The notes: generated from the sequence alone by a model not told the origin. A stretch of 64,000 nt of DNA from an uncultured Chloroflexia bacterium (GCA_963736545.1 CAVTPA010000001.1:833660-897659); one strand, 5' to 3'. Positions 27,166-40,663 are shown, numbered from the stretch's first letter. A program made the numbers and translations.

Positions 27166-28440
27166 TCAGTCCGGCGACACCGGGCTCGACGCGGGCTCGG
27201 GCTCGGGCTCGGCATCGAGCGTCGCCTCGACACCCTTCGCCTCGGGGGCCGGGGCGCCGGCCTCAACGTAAGCGGCGAACGCCGTCTCCAGGCCGACGTC
27301 GCTGCGCTGGCGCTCCGACAGGAGCCACTTATGCTCCAGGAGGTCGCAGTATGCCTGGAGCGGATCCCGCGACGGCCCGATCACGGGCTCGAGGCGCCCC
27401 AGCGTCGGCCGGAGCACGTCGCGCTGCCAGCGCTCGGCCGCCTCCGCCGACGCGATGCGCCGACCCTCGTGGTACTCGAGCCAGGAGCGGTAGCCGGCGA
27501 GGTCGCTGAGAAGCAGGCGGGCCTGGCCCTCGAGCGCGACGAGCCCGGTCCGTCGCTGGAGCTCGCGGGCGTGGAAGTCGCGGCGCGTCACCGCCGCCCG
27601 GAGACGCACGCGGCCGCCCGGCCCCGGCTCGAGCTCGATCTCGCCGACGGCGAAGCCGAGGTCGTTGAGGCGCCGAACGCGGGCCTGGACGGCGAACCGG
27701 TCGCCGGCCTCGATCTCCACGTCGCCGAAGAGCTCGTCCCAGAGCTGCGCGTAGCGGTCGCGGACCGCCTCCGCGGCGTCGATCTGCTCGTCCATCGTCT
27801 CGGGCCGGCCCTGGAACGCCGCCAGGTCGGCGAGACCGAAGGCGACGTTCTCCACGAGGACGTCGAGGTCGTACGCTCGCTGGCCGTCCGACAGCGTGGG
27901 GTGGACCTCGCTCGTCTCGGCGTCGACGAGGTAGGCCGCGTAGGTGTCGCCGTCGCGGCGGAACAGCGTGTTGGCGAGCGAGCAGTCGCCCCAGTAGACG
28001 CCGGCCCGGTGGAGGTCGACGAGGAGCCCCGCCATCGCGTCGAGCAGGCGGTCGCGGTAGCCGCCCGGCTCCAGCGGAACCCGCATGAGCAGGCGGCGGT
28101 ACTGGAGGGAGTGCCCGAGGAACTCGGTGACGAGGATCGCCTGGTCCTCGACCGTCCGCTCCGCGATGCCGATCGGGCGGACCGCGGGGAGTCCGACGTG
28201 CTCCATGTGGAGGAGCGCCGCGTACTCCCGGCGCGCGATCTCGGCGGGCTCCTCCTTGAGCGCGTACAGCGATGTCCCGCCAATGACGAACCGGACCAGG
28301 TGCCGGGACGGCCCCACCGGGATTTCCTTGAGGACCACCCGATCGGGGCGCCACGCGCTCAGCGGCTGCTCCCAGGGGAGGGCCAGGAGCGCCTCCGTCG
28401 GCTCGCGGAGGCGGAGGCGGGGGAACGCCGGCTCGCTCAG
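27166..28440 (-). CDS. DUF4032-like (lipopolysaccharide-kinase-like) protein; no canonical start codon
   Basis: Track ORF 27166..28338 starts at a GTG. In-frame protein-like sequence continues upstream (SEPAFPRLRLREPTEALLALPWEQPLSAWRPDR) to a CTG that overlaps the GNAT stop (CTGA at 28437-28440). GGAAG lies 5 nt upstream of that CTG. Confidence 0.7.
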   Translation of the reverse strand: MSEPAFPRLRLREPTEALLALPWEQPLSAWRPDRVVLKEIPVGPSRHLVRFVIGGTSLYALKEEPAEIARREYAALLHMEHVGLPAVRPIGIAERTVEDQAILVTEFLGHSLQYRRLLMRVPLEPGGYRDRLLDAMAGLLVDLHRAGVYWGDCSLANTLFRRDGDTYAAYLVDAETSEVHPTLSDGQRAYDLDVLVENVAFGLADLAAFQGRPETMDEQIDAAEAVRDRYAQLWDELFGDVEIEAGDRFAVQARVRRLNDLGFAVGEIELEPGPGGRVRLRAAVTRRDFHARELQRRTGLVALEGQARLLLSDLAGYRSWLEYHEGRRIASAEAAERWQRDVLRPTLGRLEPVIGPSRDPLQAYCDLLEHKWLLSERQRSDVGLETAFAAYVEAGAPAPEAKGVEATLDAEPEPEPASSPVSPD

Positions 28441-28877
28441 CGATGCTTCCGCAGGTACGTGGTGAGCGAGGCATCGAAGCCGGCCGCCTCGAAGAGCCGC
28501 CGGGCGTCCTGGCGATGGTGGCCTGCGGTGACCTCCACGAACGCGCAGCCCGCCTCGGCGGCGAGGCGGTCGACGTCGGCGAGGAGCGCTCGCCCGATCC
28601 CGCGAGAGCGGACGCTGGGATCGACCGCCATCGCGATGACCCGCGCCAGCCGGTCGTCGTGCTCGAAGCGCGGGAAGAGGTGGACGGCCACGAAGCCGAG
28701 GGGCGTGCCGTCCTGCTCCGCCACGCGCACGCGCGATCCGAGCTCGGCGAACCGCTCGAGGCGCCGCACGATGTCGCTGCCGCCGGCGGGATAGCCCTCC
28801 TCCGAGAGGAGGCTCCCGATCCAGTCGGCGTCGGTCGGGTCGGCGTCCCGGAAGGTGAGTGCGGCCTCGATCGTCAT
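28437..28877 (-). CDS. GNAT-family N-acetyltransferase
   Basis: 146-aa ORF with acetyl-CoA motif A (VRSRGIGRALL). Confidence 0.85.
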   Translation of the reverse strand: MTIEAALTFRDADPTDADWIGSLLSEEGYPAGGSDIVRRLERFAELGSRVRVAEQDGTPLGFVAVHLFPRFEHDDRLARVIAMAVDPSVRSRGIGRALLADVDRLAAEAGCAFVEVTAGHHRQDARRLFEAAGFDASLTTYLRKHR

Positions 28878-28917
28878 GGTCGGATGGTAGCCGACGAACG
28901 TCGGCGCGGCCCGCTCG

Positions 28918-29528
28918 TCACGACCCGTGGCGCACGACGAGCAGCAGGTGCGGACCCCATGGCGGTCCGCCGCGGACGAGGTGCTGCGGTCCGTGCGGGC
29001 CGCTGCCGGCCGTGGTCGTCCCGCCGCACTCCCGGAGCCGCTCCTCGACCTCCGCGAGGCGCGGCGCAGCGATCTCGAGGTAGAGCGCCGCCGGACCCTC
29101 GCCGGCGCGGGCCAAAGTGGCCGCGAGACGCCCCTCGGTGGCGGGCTCGAGCAGGACGATCCGCGGCGCGGTGGTCAGGCCCGCCGCGGCGCCGAGGAGC
29201 TCGTCGTCCGGCAGTCGCGCCGCGAGCCCGCCGAGCGCGCCGGCCGCCCGCTCCAGGTCGACCGTGGCGACGCCGACGGCGACGAGGCGCGGCACGACGG
29301 GAGGCGCGCCTCCGGCGATTGGCGCCGTCGCGCCGCCGGGCGGCGCGACCGTGGATCCCGGCTCGGTGGGGACGAGGCGCTCGGCGCCGGCGGCAGCAGG
29401 CTTCAGCTGCAGGATGAGCCCATCGCCCTCCAGCAGGTCGTCGGCCAGCCGGACGAGGCCGATCGCGGCGAGCCGGCCAGCGACGCCCGATGGGTCGGCG
29501 CTGCGCCATGTCAGCGCGAGCAGAGCGC

Positions 29529-29532
<4 letters not shown>
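28918..29532 (-). CDS. Glyoxalase/VOC-like protein; start uncertain
   Basis: This is the tail of ORF 28918..30786: LTWRSADPSGVAGRLAAIGL...VGVATVDLERAAGALG...IVLLEPATEGRLAATLARAGEGP. Candidate starts are a CTG overlapping the methyltransferase stop (29529-29532) or GTG 29574. Confidence 0.5.
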
Positions 29533-33183
<3,651 letters not shown>

Positions 33184-33239
33184 GGTCGAGCGCGGGACGC
33201 GCCGCCCGCCGTCACCCCGCGGCGGTCCATCCTGTCGTG

Positions 33240-33412
33240 GTTTGCGTTCAACTCAACACCGAGAGCCGCGCGCCCGCCCAGCGGCAAGGAACCGCGGCTC
33301 GGACGCAACGACTCTGCCACCCGTCCCCCCTCGAGCAGGAAATCGAGGGTCAGACGCAACAGTCGAGCCGGCCGGCGCCTCCAGGACGCCCGGTGTTGCG
33401 TTCAACGCAAAC
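33240..33412. repeat. 173-bp element bounded by 22-bp imperfect inverted repeats, with internal hairpins and ACGCAAC/GTTGCGT repeats
   Basis: GTTTGCGTTCAACTCAACACCG (33240-33261) pairs with CGGTGTTGCGTTCAACGCAAAC (33391-33412) at 20 of 22 positions. Internal stems are GAGCCGCG/CGCGGCTC (33263-33270 / 33293-33300) and CCCTCGA/TCGAGGG (33328-33334 / 33343-33349). Confidence 0.7.
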
Positions 33413-33444
33413 GCCGTCGAGGTGCGGAGCCAGGGCGGCCCGAT

Positions 33445-33786
33445 CTACCGGTCCGCGGACGACGGCAGCAGCCGACGGGCAAGCGAGGCCTCCAGCCACA
33501 GCAGGACTCCGGTCACGCCGGCAAGCGCAAACCCGAATCCGGCGGCGTTCCAGTTGCCGTTCACGAAGCCGCCGACAACCACGTGCCAGAGCCCAAACAG
33601 GAACGCCCCGAGAAGGGCGGCCGCAATCGCGACGCCGACGGCAACTGCGATCCGCGTCCCCGGACCGCCGCGGACCCAGGCCAGGACGACCCGTCGGCGG
33701 GCCTCGCGCCAGGGCGGCTCGTAGTCACCGGGCGCTCCGGCCGGCCCGGGACGCCCTCCGACCGCCGGCCCACCCGGGCGCCGCAT
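33445..33786 (-). CDS. Small membrane protein (113 aa)
   Basis: It lies 35 nt downstream of the ACAD gene on the same strand. Two hydrophobic helices: IAVAVGVAIAAALLGAFLFGLW and FGFALAGVTGVLLWL. Confidence 0.5.
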   Translation of the reverse strand: MRRPGGPAVGGRPGPAGAPGDYEPPWREARRRVVLAWVRGGPGTRIAVAVGVAIAAALLGAFLFGLWHVVVGGFVNGNWNAAGFGFALAGVTGVLLWLEASLARRLLPSSADR

Positions 33787-33821
33787 CGTCGGTCGGCCCG
33801 GGCGCGCCGGGGCCCGGCTCG

Positions 33822-35045
33822 TCAGTCATGCCGGCCCAGCGCCGGCCAGCGCTCGAAGCCCTGGGCGGGAACCGGCTCGCAGCGGATCGGCCGGTCCTCG
33901 CGGTAGCCGAGGGCGTAGTCGGCCTGGATGAGCGTGTGGAGCTGGCTCGTCCCCTCGTAGATGACGGCCGCCTTCGAGTTGCGCAGGTAGCGCTCCACCG
34001 GGAACTCGTTCGAGTAGCCGTTGGCGCCGTGGACCTGGACCGCGTCGAGCGCGGCCTGGACGCTGTGCTCGGTTGCGTGCCACTTCGCCAGCGACGTCTC
34101 GCGCGTGGTCCGGACGCCGTGGTTCTTCAGCCAGCCGGCGCGCCAGACGAGGAGCCGCCCCATCTCCGTCCCGGCGGCCATCTTCGCGATCATCTGCTTC
34201 ACGAGCTGGTGGCGCCCGATCTCCTCGCCGAACGCCTCCCGCTCCCGGGCGTACTTGACGCTCGCGTCGAGGCAGGCCTGCGCGAGCCCGACCGCACCCG
34301 CCGCGACCGTGAAGCGGCCCTGGTCGATCGCGCTCATGGCGACCAGGAACCCCTCGCCCTCCTCGCCGATCCGATGCTCGACCGGCACCTCGACGTTGTC
34401 GAGCGTGATCAGCCCGGTGTTCCCGGCCCGGATCCCGAGCTTCCCGTGGAGCGTGCCGGTTGTCAGGCCCTGCATCCCCCGCTCGAGCATGAAGGCGGTG
34501 ACGCCGCGGTGCTTCTTCGAGCGGTCGACCGAGGCGAAGACCAGGAAGTGGTCGGCCAGGTCGGCCAGGCTGATCCAGATCTTCGACCCGTTCAGGACGT
34601 AGACGTCGCGCTCGCGGCGGGCTGTCGACCGGAGGGCGCCGGCATCGGTCCCGGCGCCCGGCTCGGTCAGGCCGAACGTCGCCAGCTTCCGGCCCTGCGC
34701 CTGCGGCACGAGCCAGCGGCGCTTCTGCTCGTCGGTTGCCCACTGCAGGAGCGCGAGCGAGTTGAGGCCGACGTGGACGCTCATGACCACCCGGTAGGCC
34801 GTGTCGGCCCGTTCCAGCTCCTCGCAGAGGATCGCGAAGCTGACGTAGTCGAGGCCGGCGCCGCCCCACGCCTCGGGGATCGGGCCGCCGAGGTAGCCGA
34901 GCTCTCCCATCTTGGCGAACACCTCGGGGTGGGCCTCGCCGCGCTCGTCCCACTCGCGGATGTTCGGCAGGATCTCCGCCTCCACGAACTCGCGGACGGA
35001 CTGGCGGACGAGGCGGTTCTCCTCGGAGAGGCTGAAGTCGATCAC
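33822..35045 (-). CDS. Acyl-CoA dehydrogenase
   Basis: 407-aa intact ORF: MIDFSLSEENRLVRQSVREF..., GLTEPGAGTD, IYEGTSQLHTLI. Confidence 0.92.
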   Translation of the reverse strand: MIDFSLSEENRLVRQSVREFVEAEILPNIREWDERGEAHPEVFAKMGELGYLGGPIPEAWGGAGLDYVSFAILCEELERADTAYRVVMSVHVGLNSLALLQWATDEQKRRWLVPQAQGRKLATFGLTEPGAGTDAGALRSTARRERDVYVLNGSKIWISLADLADHFLVFASVDRSKKHRGVTAFMLERGMQGLTTGTLHGKLGIRAGNTGLITLDNVEVPVEHRIGEEGEGFLVAMSAIDQGRFTVAAGAVGLAQACLDASVKYAREREAFGEEIGRHQLVKQMIAKMAAGTEMGRLLVWRAGWLKNHGVRTTRETSLAKWHATEHSVQAALDAVQVHGANGYSNEFPVERYLRNSKAAVIYEGTSQLHTLIQADYALGYREDRPIRCEPVPAQGFERWPALGRHD

Positions 35046-35096
35046 GGGCGAGCTCCTGGCTGGTCGGCGCCGGGGCCGGGGCGCGGCGGTCCGGCA

Positions 35097-35102
35097 ATTC
35101 TA
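35097..35102 (-). promoter_or_regulatory. -10-like TAGAAT for the ACAD gene
   Basis: Minus strand reads CCTAGAATTGCC, about 50 nt upstream of GTG 35045. AGGAG SD lies in between. Confidence 0.35.
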
Positions 35103-35116
35103 GGCCGGGCGCCGCC

Positions 35117-35122
35117 TATACT
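35117..35122 (+). promoter_or_regulatory. -10-like TATACT for the aminotransferase gene
   Basis: GCCTATACTCGG, about 60 nt upstream of ATG 35182. GGAGAG SD lies in between. Confidence 0.35.
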
Positions 35123-35181
35123 CGGCCTCCGTCCCGCGGTCCGCCGTCGCCGGCCGGCCCGACGACGCAGCGGAGAGCGCC

Positions 35182-36492
35182 ATGGACCCCACCCGCGCGC
35201 CCGACGTCTCCGGGCTCGACCTCGCCGCACTCGCAGCCGCGAACCTGACGCCGGTCCTCGGCCGGTACTTCGAGCGGTCGTGGAGCCACGGCGAGGGCCA
35301 CCGCCTCTTCGACACGGACGGCCGCGCCTACCTCGACTTCGCGAACGGGATCGCCGTCAGCGTGCTCGGGCACGGCAACCCGCGGGTCACGGCCGCGGTC
35401 CACGCCCAGGTCGACCGCCTGATGGGCCCGATGGGGGCGATGGGCTATGCCGAACCGACCGTCCGCCTGGCCCGCGAGCTCGCCGCCGAGCTCCCCGACC
35501 CGCTCGACTCGGTCTTCTTTCTCAACTCCGGCAGCGAGGCGATCGAAGCGGCTCTCAAGCTCGCCCGCCGGGTGACCGGCCGGCCCGGGATCGTGGCGTT
35601 CCGCGGCGGCTTCCACGGGCGGACGTTCGGGGCCGCGAGCATCACGAGCTCCAACCCCAACTACCGCCGCGGCTACGAGCCGCTCCTGCCGGGCGTCTAC
35701 CTGAGCCAGTTCCCGGCCGTCTACCGCGACTTCGGCGGCGACGAGGAGCGGGCGGTCGAGGTGGCCTTCCGCCATTTGCGCGACCTCTTCCACTCGACGA
35801 TCGACCCGGACGAGGTCGCGGCGATCGTCGTCGAGCCGGTCCAGGGCGAGGGCGGCTACGTTCCCGCACCGCCGCGCTTCCTGCAGATCCTGCGGCGCGT
35901 GTGCGACCGGCACGGGATCCTGCTCGTCGCCGACGAGGTGCAGAGCGGCTATGGCCGCACCGGGCGGATGTGGGGCTTCGAGCACGCCGGGATCGTTCCC
36001 GACGTCGTCTGCGTGGCGAAGGCGATCGCGAACGGCCTGCCACTCTCGGCGATCGTCAGCTCGCGGGAGCTCCAGGCGCGCTGGGGGAAGAGCGCCCACG
36101 GTTCCACGTTCGGCGGGAACCCGGTCGCCTGTGCCGCCGGCCTCGCGGTGCTCGCGGAGATCCGCGAGCGCGATCTGGTAACGAACGCGGCCGTCCGTGG
36201 CGCGGAGCTGACGGCCGGGCTGCGGGAGATCGCGGCCGGCGACGAGCGGATCGGCGACGTTCGCGGGCCCGGACTCATGATCGGCGTGGAGCTCGTGAAG
36301 GACCGCGCGACGCGGGAGCCGGACGGCGAGACCTGCGATGCGGTGATCCGGCGCTGCGCCGACGACGGCCTGCTCCTCCTCTCCTGCGGCGTGGAGCACA
36401 ACGTCATCCGCTGGATCGCCCCACTCGACGTGTCGGGCGAGGAGGTCGCCGAGGCGCTCGCGATCTTCCGGGGGGCCCTGGCGGCCGCCTAG
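35182..36492 (+). CDS. Class III aminotransferase (GabT-like)
   Basis: 436-aa ORF with DEVQSGYGRTG and the PLP-Lys context CVAKAIANGLPLSA. Confidence 0.9.
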   Translation: MDPTRAPDVSGLDLAALAAANLTPVLGRYFERSWSHGEGHRLFDTDGRAYLDFANGIAVSVLGHGNPRVTAAVHAQVDRLMGPMGAMGYAEPTVRLARELAAELPDPLDSVFFLNSGSEAIEAALKLARRVTGRPGIVAFRGGFHGRTFGAASITSSNPNYRRGYEPLLPGVYLSQFPAVYRDFGGDEERAVEVAFRHLRDLFHSTIDPDEVAAIVVEPVQGEGGYVPAPPRFLQILRRVCDRHGILLVADEVQSGYGRTGRMWGFEHAGIVPDVVCVAKAIANGLPLSAIVSSRELQARWGKSAHGSTFGGNPVACAAGLAVLAEIRERDLVTNAAVRGAELTAGLREIAAGDERIGDVRGPGLMIGVELVKDRATREPDGETCDAVIRRCADDGLLLLSCGVEHNVIRWIAPLDVSGEEVAEALAIFRGALAAA

Positions 36493-36535
36493 CCTCGCCG
36501 TCAGGCCGGCGGTCCAGCCGCGGCCTCCCGGCCGG

Positions 36536-36733
36536 TCAGCTCGCCAGGCGGGAGTTGCGGGCGAGGAACGCCATGACGTCCTCGAGGCGGAAGCGTCGGT
36601 CGCCACGCGAGCAGACGCGGAAGAACGGCAGCTCGCCGCGATCGCCGAGGCGCTTCACGGTGTTGACGTGGAGGTGGAGCATCTCGGCCACCTCGCTCGC
36701 GGTGAGCAACGGTCCGAGCTCGCTGACGGCCAT
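36536..36733 (-). CDS. Small MerR/excisionase-type HTH protein (BldC/Xis-like, 65 aa)
   Basis: MAVSELGPLLTASEVAEMLHLHVNTVKRLGDRGELPFFRVCSRGDRRFRLEDVMAFL. This is the tail of ORF 36536..37189. Confidence 0.7.
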   Translation of the reverse strand: MAVSELGPLLTASEVAEMLHLHVNTVKRLGDRGELPFFRVCSRGDRRFRLEDVMAFLARNSRLAS

Positions 36734-36952
36734 GCGGGTCCTCGCCTGACTGGACCCCGGGGCGCCGGGGACGTTCGGGTGACACGGGTGCGGTTCGCTT
36801 GGTTGACGGGTGGAGGCTAGGGGTCCGAGGCAGCCCGGGCCAAGCCGTACCTTCGTGGTGGGGAGCGGGGTACCCGAGGTCCGGTGCGCGAAGGCACCGA
36901 GCGGCGACGCCAACGGAGTACGATCGGCGCCCGCACATCGTTGGAGGACCGC

Positions 36953-37405
36953 GTGGCGACGACATCGACGGGCAGATCGATCGCGGCGAGGGTGGTGCCG
37001 CCCCTCGCCCTGGTCGCCGTCGCCGGCGCGTGCGCGCTGTTCGGCATCTCGACCACACCGGCCGATGACCCGACCGGGATCGCCGCCGGCCAGGCATCGA
37101 GCCTCGCGCTCCCGGCATGGATCACCGCGGGAATGGCGATCCTCGGGGCCGTCGTCCTGGCGATCGGCGGCGCCGACGTGATCTGGCACCGCGCAGGCGG
37201 GCTCCTCGGGCTCATCGCCTCCACCGGCGCTGCGGCCGGCGGCTTCCTGAACCTCGTCGGCTACGCGAACAGCGACATCTGGTGGGCCGCCGATCCCGAC
37301 GCCATCCGACGGTCGGCGGCGATCCTCCTCGTCACCGCGATCGTCGCCCTGCTGATCGTCGGGTCGGAGCAGCTCTGGCCGGGCTGGCGGCGCACGCCGG
37401 CCTGA
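36953..37405 (+). CDS. Membrane protein, about four TM helices
   Basis: The GTG is preceded by GGAGGA (36943-36948). Helices include VVPPLALVAVAGACALFGI and ITAGMAILGAVVLAIGG. Confidence 0.55.
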   Translation: MATTSTGRSIAARVVPPLALVAVAGACALFGISTTPADDPTGIAAGQASSLALPAWITAGMAILGAVVLAIGGADVIWHRAGGLLGLIASTGAAAGGFLNLVGYANSDIWWAADPDAIRRSAAILLVTAIVALLIVGSEQLWPGWRRTPA

Positions 37406-37440
37406 TCACCCGCGTCGCTGGCCGCGGGACCGCCTCACGC

Positions 37441-38916
37441 TCACGGCGCCACGCTGCGGCCGAAGAAGTCCCACCTGCCGGCGGCGCCCATGACGCCCGG
37501 CGTGGCCCTCGACCAGGCCTGGGCGTTGACCCCGCTCAAGCCCGAAGCGCGCCCGTAGAGGACGTCGACGATGCCGCCGGGCACGCCGCCGAACCGCTCG
37601 CGGGGAACGCCGATGGCCAGATCGGCGCGGCCGGAGCGGCCGTAGTTCGCGCTGGCGACGCTCCAGCCGAAGAAGTCGCCCTCCTCGGGCGTGCCGGGCA
37701 CGCCGGCGCTGTTCTGCGTCCAGCGCTGGCTGCCGACCGCCGTGAGGCCGCCGCTGGAACCGCGGAGGACGGTGACCGTGCCCGCGCGCGAGACCCTGCC
37801 GACGTTCGCCGCGGGAGCGCCGATCGCCAGATCGTCGGCGCCGTCGCCGTCGAAGTCGCCACTGGCGAGAGCGAACGCGAACCCCCCGACGGGGCCAGTG
37901 CCGGGAACGGCAGGGCTGTCGGGCGTCCACACCTGGCGCCTGTCTGCCACGAGCCCTGACGCCGAGCCGTAGACGACCTCGACAGCCTCGCTCGGAACTC
38001 CCATCGCGAGGTCGTCGTGGCCATCGGCATCGAAGTCGCCGATCTCGAGCGGCAGGCCAATGTGACCGCTCCCCGGGGTTTGCTGGTGCCAGCGCTCGCT
38101 GTCGGCGACCCCAGGACCATCCGGCGTGCCGTACATCACGACGGCCCCTTCCCGGATGCTGGCCGCGAGGTCGGCGTGCCCGTCGCCGTCGAGGTCACCG
38201 GCTGCGAGCGACCAGCCGAGCTCGCTCCCGGCATAGACCACGCCGACCATGTCCTGGGTGATGGCTGCAGCCGTCGTCGACAGCAGTCCGTCCGGGCCGC
38301 CGAAGAGGACTGCGATGGCCCCGGCATTCTCGGCTGATTCGACCTCCGCGCCCGGCACCCCGATCGCCAGGTCCCAGAACCCGTCGCCGTCGAAGTCGGC
38401 GCTGGCGAGTGCGGCCCCCAGCCGCCAGGAATTGACGGGGACGCCGGGCAGATTGGCCTCCGAGAAGAGCTGGTCGTCCGCGGCAGAGAGCCCGTGCGGC
38501 GTCCCGTAGAGCACGTTCACGGCGCCGTGCGGGTGCCCCGCGACCAGGTCGTTCGGCACGCCGATCGCGAGGTCCGCGTACCCGTCCCGGTCGAAGTCGC
38601 CCGACGCGAGCGCGTAGCCGAAGCGATCCTCGTTGCCGGGTGCCCCCCTGACGCCGCGTGTGGCCTGGGACCAGAGCTGGTCGCCGGCAGCCGTCAACCC
38701 GGTCGGCGAGCCGTACAGGACGTTCACCGCGCCCGTGTACCCCGGGTCATCCCCTTCCGCGCCGACCGCGAGATCCGCAAAGCCGTCACCGTTGAAGTCG
38801 GACGGCAGAGCGGCACGGACGGCCGCACCGGCCAGCGGCGGCGCCGCCACGAACAGCAGGGCCAGCGTGGCAGTAGCGGCCAGAAGAGCCTTCGGCATCT
38901 CGCGCATCCTGATCAC
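37441..38916 (-). CDS. Secreted FG-GAP repeat protein
   Basis: 491-aa ORF with a signal peptide. At least six Ca-binding-like repeats: DFNGDGFADLAVG, DFDRDGYADLAIG, DFDGDGFWDLAIG, DLDGDGHADLA, DFDADGHDDLAMG, DFDGDGADDLAIG. Confidence 0.88.
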   Translation of the reverse strand: MIRMREMPKALLAATATLALLFVAAPPLAGAAVRAALPSDFNGDGFADLAVGAEGDDPGYTGAVNVLYGSPTGLTAAGDQLWSQATRGVRGAPGNEDRFGYALASGDFDRDGYADLAIGVPNDLVAGHPHGAVNVLYGTPHGLSAADDQLFSEANLPGVPVNSWRLGAALASADFDGDGFWDLAIGVPGAEVESAENAGAIAVLFGGPDGLLSTTAAAITQDMVGVVYAGSELGWSLAAGDLDGDGHADLAASIREGAVVMYGTPDGPGVADSERWHQQTPGSGHIGLPLEIGDFDADGHDDLAMGVPSEAVEVVYGSASGLVADRRQVWTPDSPAVPGTGPVGGFAFALASGDFDGDGADDLAIGAPAANVGRVSRAGTVTVLRGSSGGLTAVGSQRWTQNSAGVPGTPEEGDFFGWSVASANYGRSGRADLAIGVPRERFGGVPGGIVDVLYGRASGLSGVNAQAWSRATPGVMGAAGRWDFFGRSVAP

Positions 38917-39084
38917 CCGCTCTCTCCATCGTCGAGTTCGTTCCGGCGCCCGAGCCTCCTCCTCGCCGGTGGATCAGACGCTACGGCCGGGCACGATGTT
39001 GCGACAGGGGCGAACGGCAGGCGCTTCCAGACGAGCACCGCCCCCACGCCGGCCAGGGTCCGGCCGTCGCGGGTAGCGGCTGGC

Positions 39085-39160
39085 TGGCGCCCCCGGCAGG
39101 ATTCGAACCTGCGACCTCGGGATTAGAAGTCCCTCGCTCTATCCCCTGAGCTACGGGGGC
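39085..39160 (-). tRNA. tRNA-Arg (anticodon TCT), CCA encoded
   Basis: Hand-folded: acceptor GCCCCCG/CGGGGGC, D arm GCTC-AGGGGATA-GAGC, anticodon loop CTTCTAA, T arm GCAGG-TTCGAAT-CCTGC, discriminator G plus CCA. 76 nt, with one A-G mismatch at 27:43. Confidence 0.88.
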
Positions 39161-39217
39161 GCCCCACGATGGTACCCGGCCGCGGGCAGGGGACCCCGTC
39201 GGTCGCGGCGGGACGCC

Positions 39218-40438
39218 TCAGGGCATCAGGAGGACGGGCGTGATGCGCTCCATCGCCCAGTCGATCTCCTCGCGCGTGATGACGAGCGGGGGCGCGAAGC
39301 GGATCGTGTCGACGTGCGTCTCCTTCGCCAGGATGCCGGCGGCCTGGAGCGCCTCGCAGAAGCGACGCGCGCCACCCGCCTCGGGATGGAGCTCAACGCC
39401 GATCAGCAGCCCCCGGCCGCGGATCTCGCGGACGTGGGGGCTCGCGACGGCCCTCAGGCGGGCCCGGAACAGCTCGCCCATCGTCGCCGCGTTGCCCACG
39501 AGGTCCTCGTCGACGAGCACACGGAGCGCGGCGCGGGCCACGGCGCACGCCAGCGGACTTCCCCCGAACGTGCTGCCGTGCGTGCCCGGTGTGAACACGT
39601 CCATGATCTCGTCGCTCGCGAGCACCGCAGACACCGGGTAGAAGCCGCCCGACAGCGCCTTGCCGATCGTCACGATGTCGGGGCGAACGTCCTCGTGGTC
39701 GGTGGCGAACAGGCGGCCGGTGCGACCGAGCCCGGTCTGGATCTCGTCGGCGATGAGGAGCACGTTGTTCCGGGTGCAGATCTCGCGGACCCGCCGCAGG
39801 TACCCCTCGGGCGGGACGATCACGCCGCCCTCGCCCTGGATCGGCTCGACGATGAACGCGGCCGTGTTCGGCGTGATCGCAGTCTCGAGCGCGTCCGCGT
39901 CGCCGTACGGCACGAGCGCAAAGCCGGGCGTCAGCGGGCCGAAGCCCGCCCGGTAGAGCGGCTCCGAGCTGAAGCTGATGATCGAGATCGTGCGCCCGGC
40001 GAAGTTGCCGTCGCAGGCGATGATCTCGGCCTGGCCGTCGGGAACGCCCTTCACGTCGTGGGCCCACTTGCGGGCGGCCTTGAGCGCGGTCTCGACCGCC
40101 TCGGCGCCCGTGTTCATCGGGAGCACGCGGGCGTAGCCGGTCAGCTCGCACAGCTCGCGGTAGTACGGGCCGAGCTGGTCGTTCCGGAAGGCGCGCGATG
40201 TCAGGGGCAGGCGGCCTGCCTGCTCGATGAGGGCGGCGAGGATCCGGGGGTGGGCGTGGCCCTGGTTGACGGCGCTGTAGGCGGACAGGCAGTCGAGATA
40301 CCGGTTGCCCTCGACATCCCAGACCCACACGCCCTCGCCCCGGGCCAGGACGACGTCGAGGGGGTGGTAGTTGTGGGCGCCGTGATGATCTTCGAGGGCG
40401 ACCAGCTCGCGCGACGACGAACGCTCCATGGTGGTCAT
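39218..40438 (-). CDS. rocD: Ornithine--oxo-acid aminotransferase
   Basis: [43 protein letters not shown] and the PLP-Lys context [12 protein letters not shown] 40438 is chosen within ORF 39218..40510. Confidence 0.88.
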   Translation of the reverse strand: MTTMERSSSRELVALEDHHGAHNYHPLDVVLARGEGVWVWDVEGNRYLDCLSAYSAVNQGHAHPRILAALIEQAGRLPLTSRAFRNDQLGPYYRELCELTGYARVLPMNTGAEAVETALKAARKWAHDVKGVPDGQAEIIACDGNFAGRTISIISFSSEPLYRAGFGPLTPGFALVPYGDADALETAITPNTAAFIVEPIQGEGGVIVPPEGYLRRVREICTRNNVLLIADEIQTGLGRTGRLFATDHEDVRPDIVTIGKALSGGFYPVSAVLASDEIMDVFTPGTHGSTFGGSPLACAVARAALRVLVDEDLVGNAATMGELFRARLRAVASPHVREIRGRGLLIGVELHPEAGGARRFCEALQAAGILAKETHVDTIRFAPPLVITREEIDWAMERITPVLLMP

Positions 40439-40663
40439 GAGGGAGGTCCCGTGTGCAGCGTGGCTGCTCGTTTGGTCCTCGGGAACAGCCCGTACCGAAG
40501 GCGTTGCCATGATACCGCCGGCGCCACTCCGACCGCCCTCGCGGCAGACCGCCCTCGCGAGCAGCCGGACCTGGCCCGACGGCGCCCGACACGCATCCGC
40601 CCGGTGCTATGCTCCGCGCCCGCGCGGCCCGGGAGCCGCGCCCGAGAGACGGAGGCAGGCCGC

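Noticed and set aside
36536-39160. Integrated mobile element at tRNA-Arg, suggested by an excisionase-type HTH gene nearby
   Set aside because: There is no integrase, recombinase, phage or conjugation gene. I could not find a duplicated tRNA 3' segment. The small HTH protein looks like a BldC-type regulator rather than a functional Xis.
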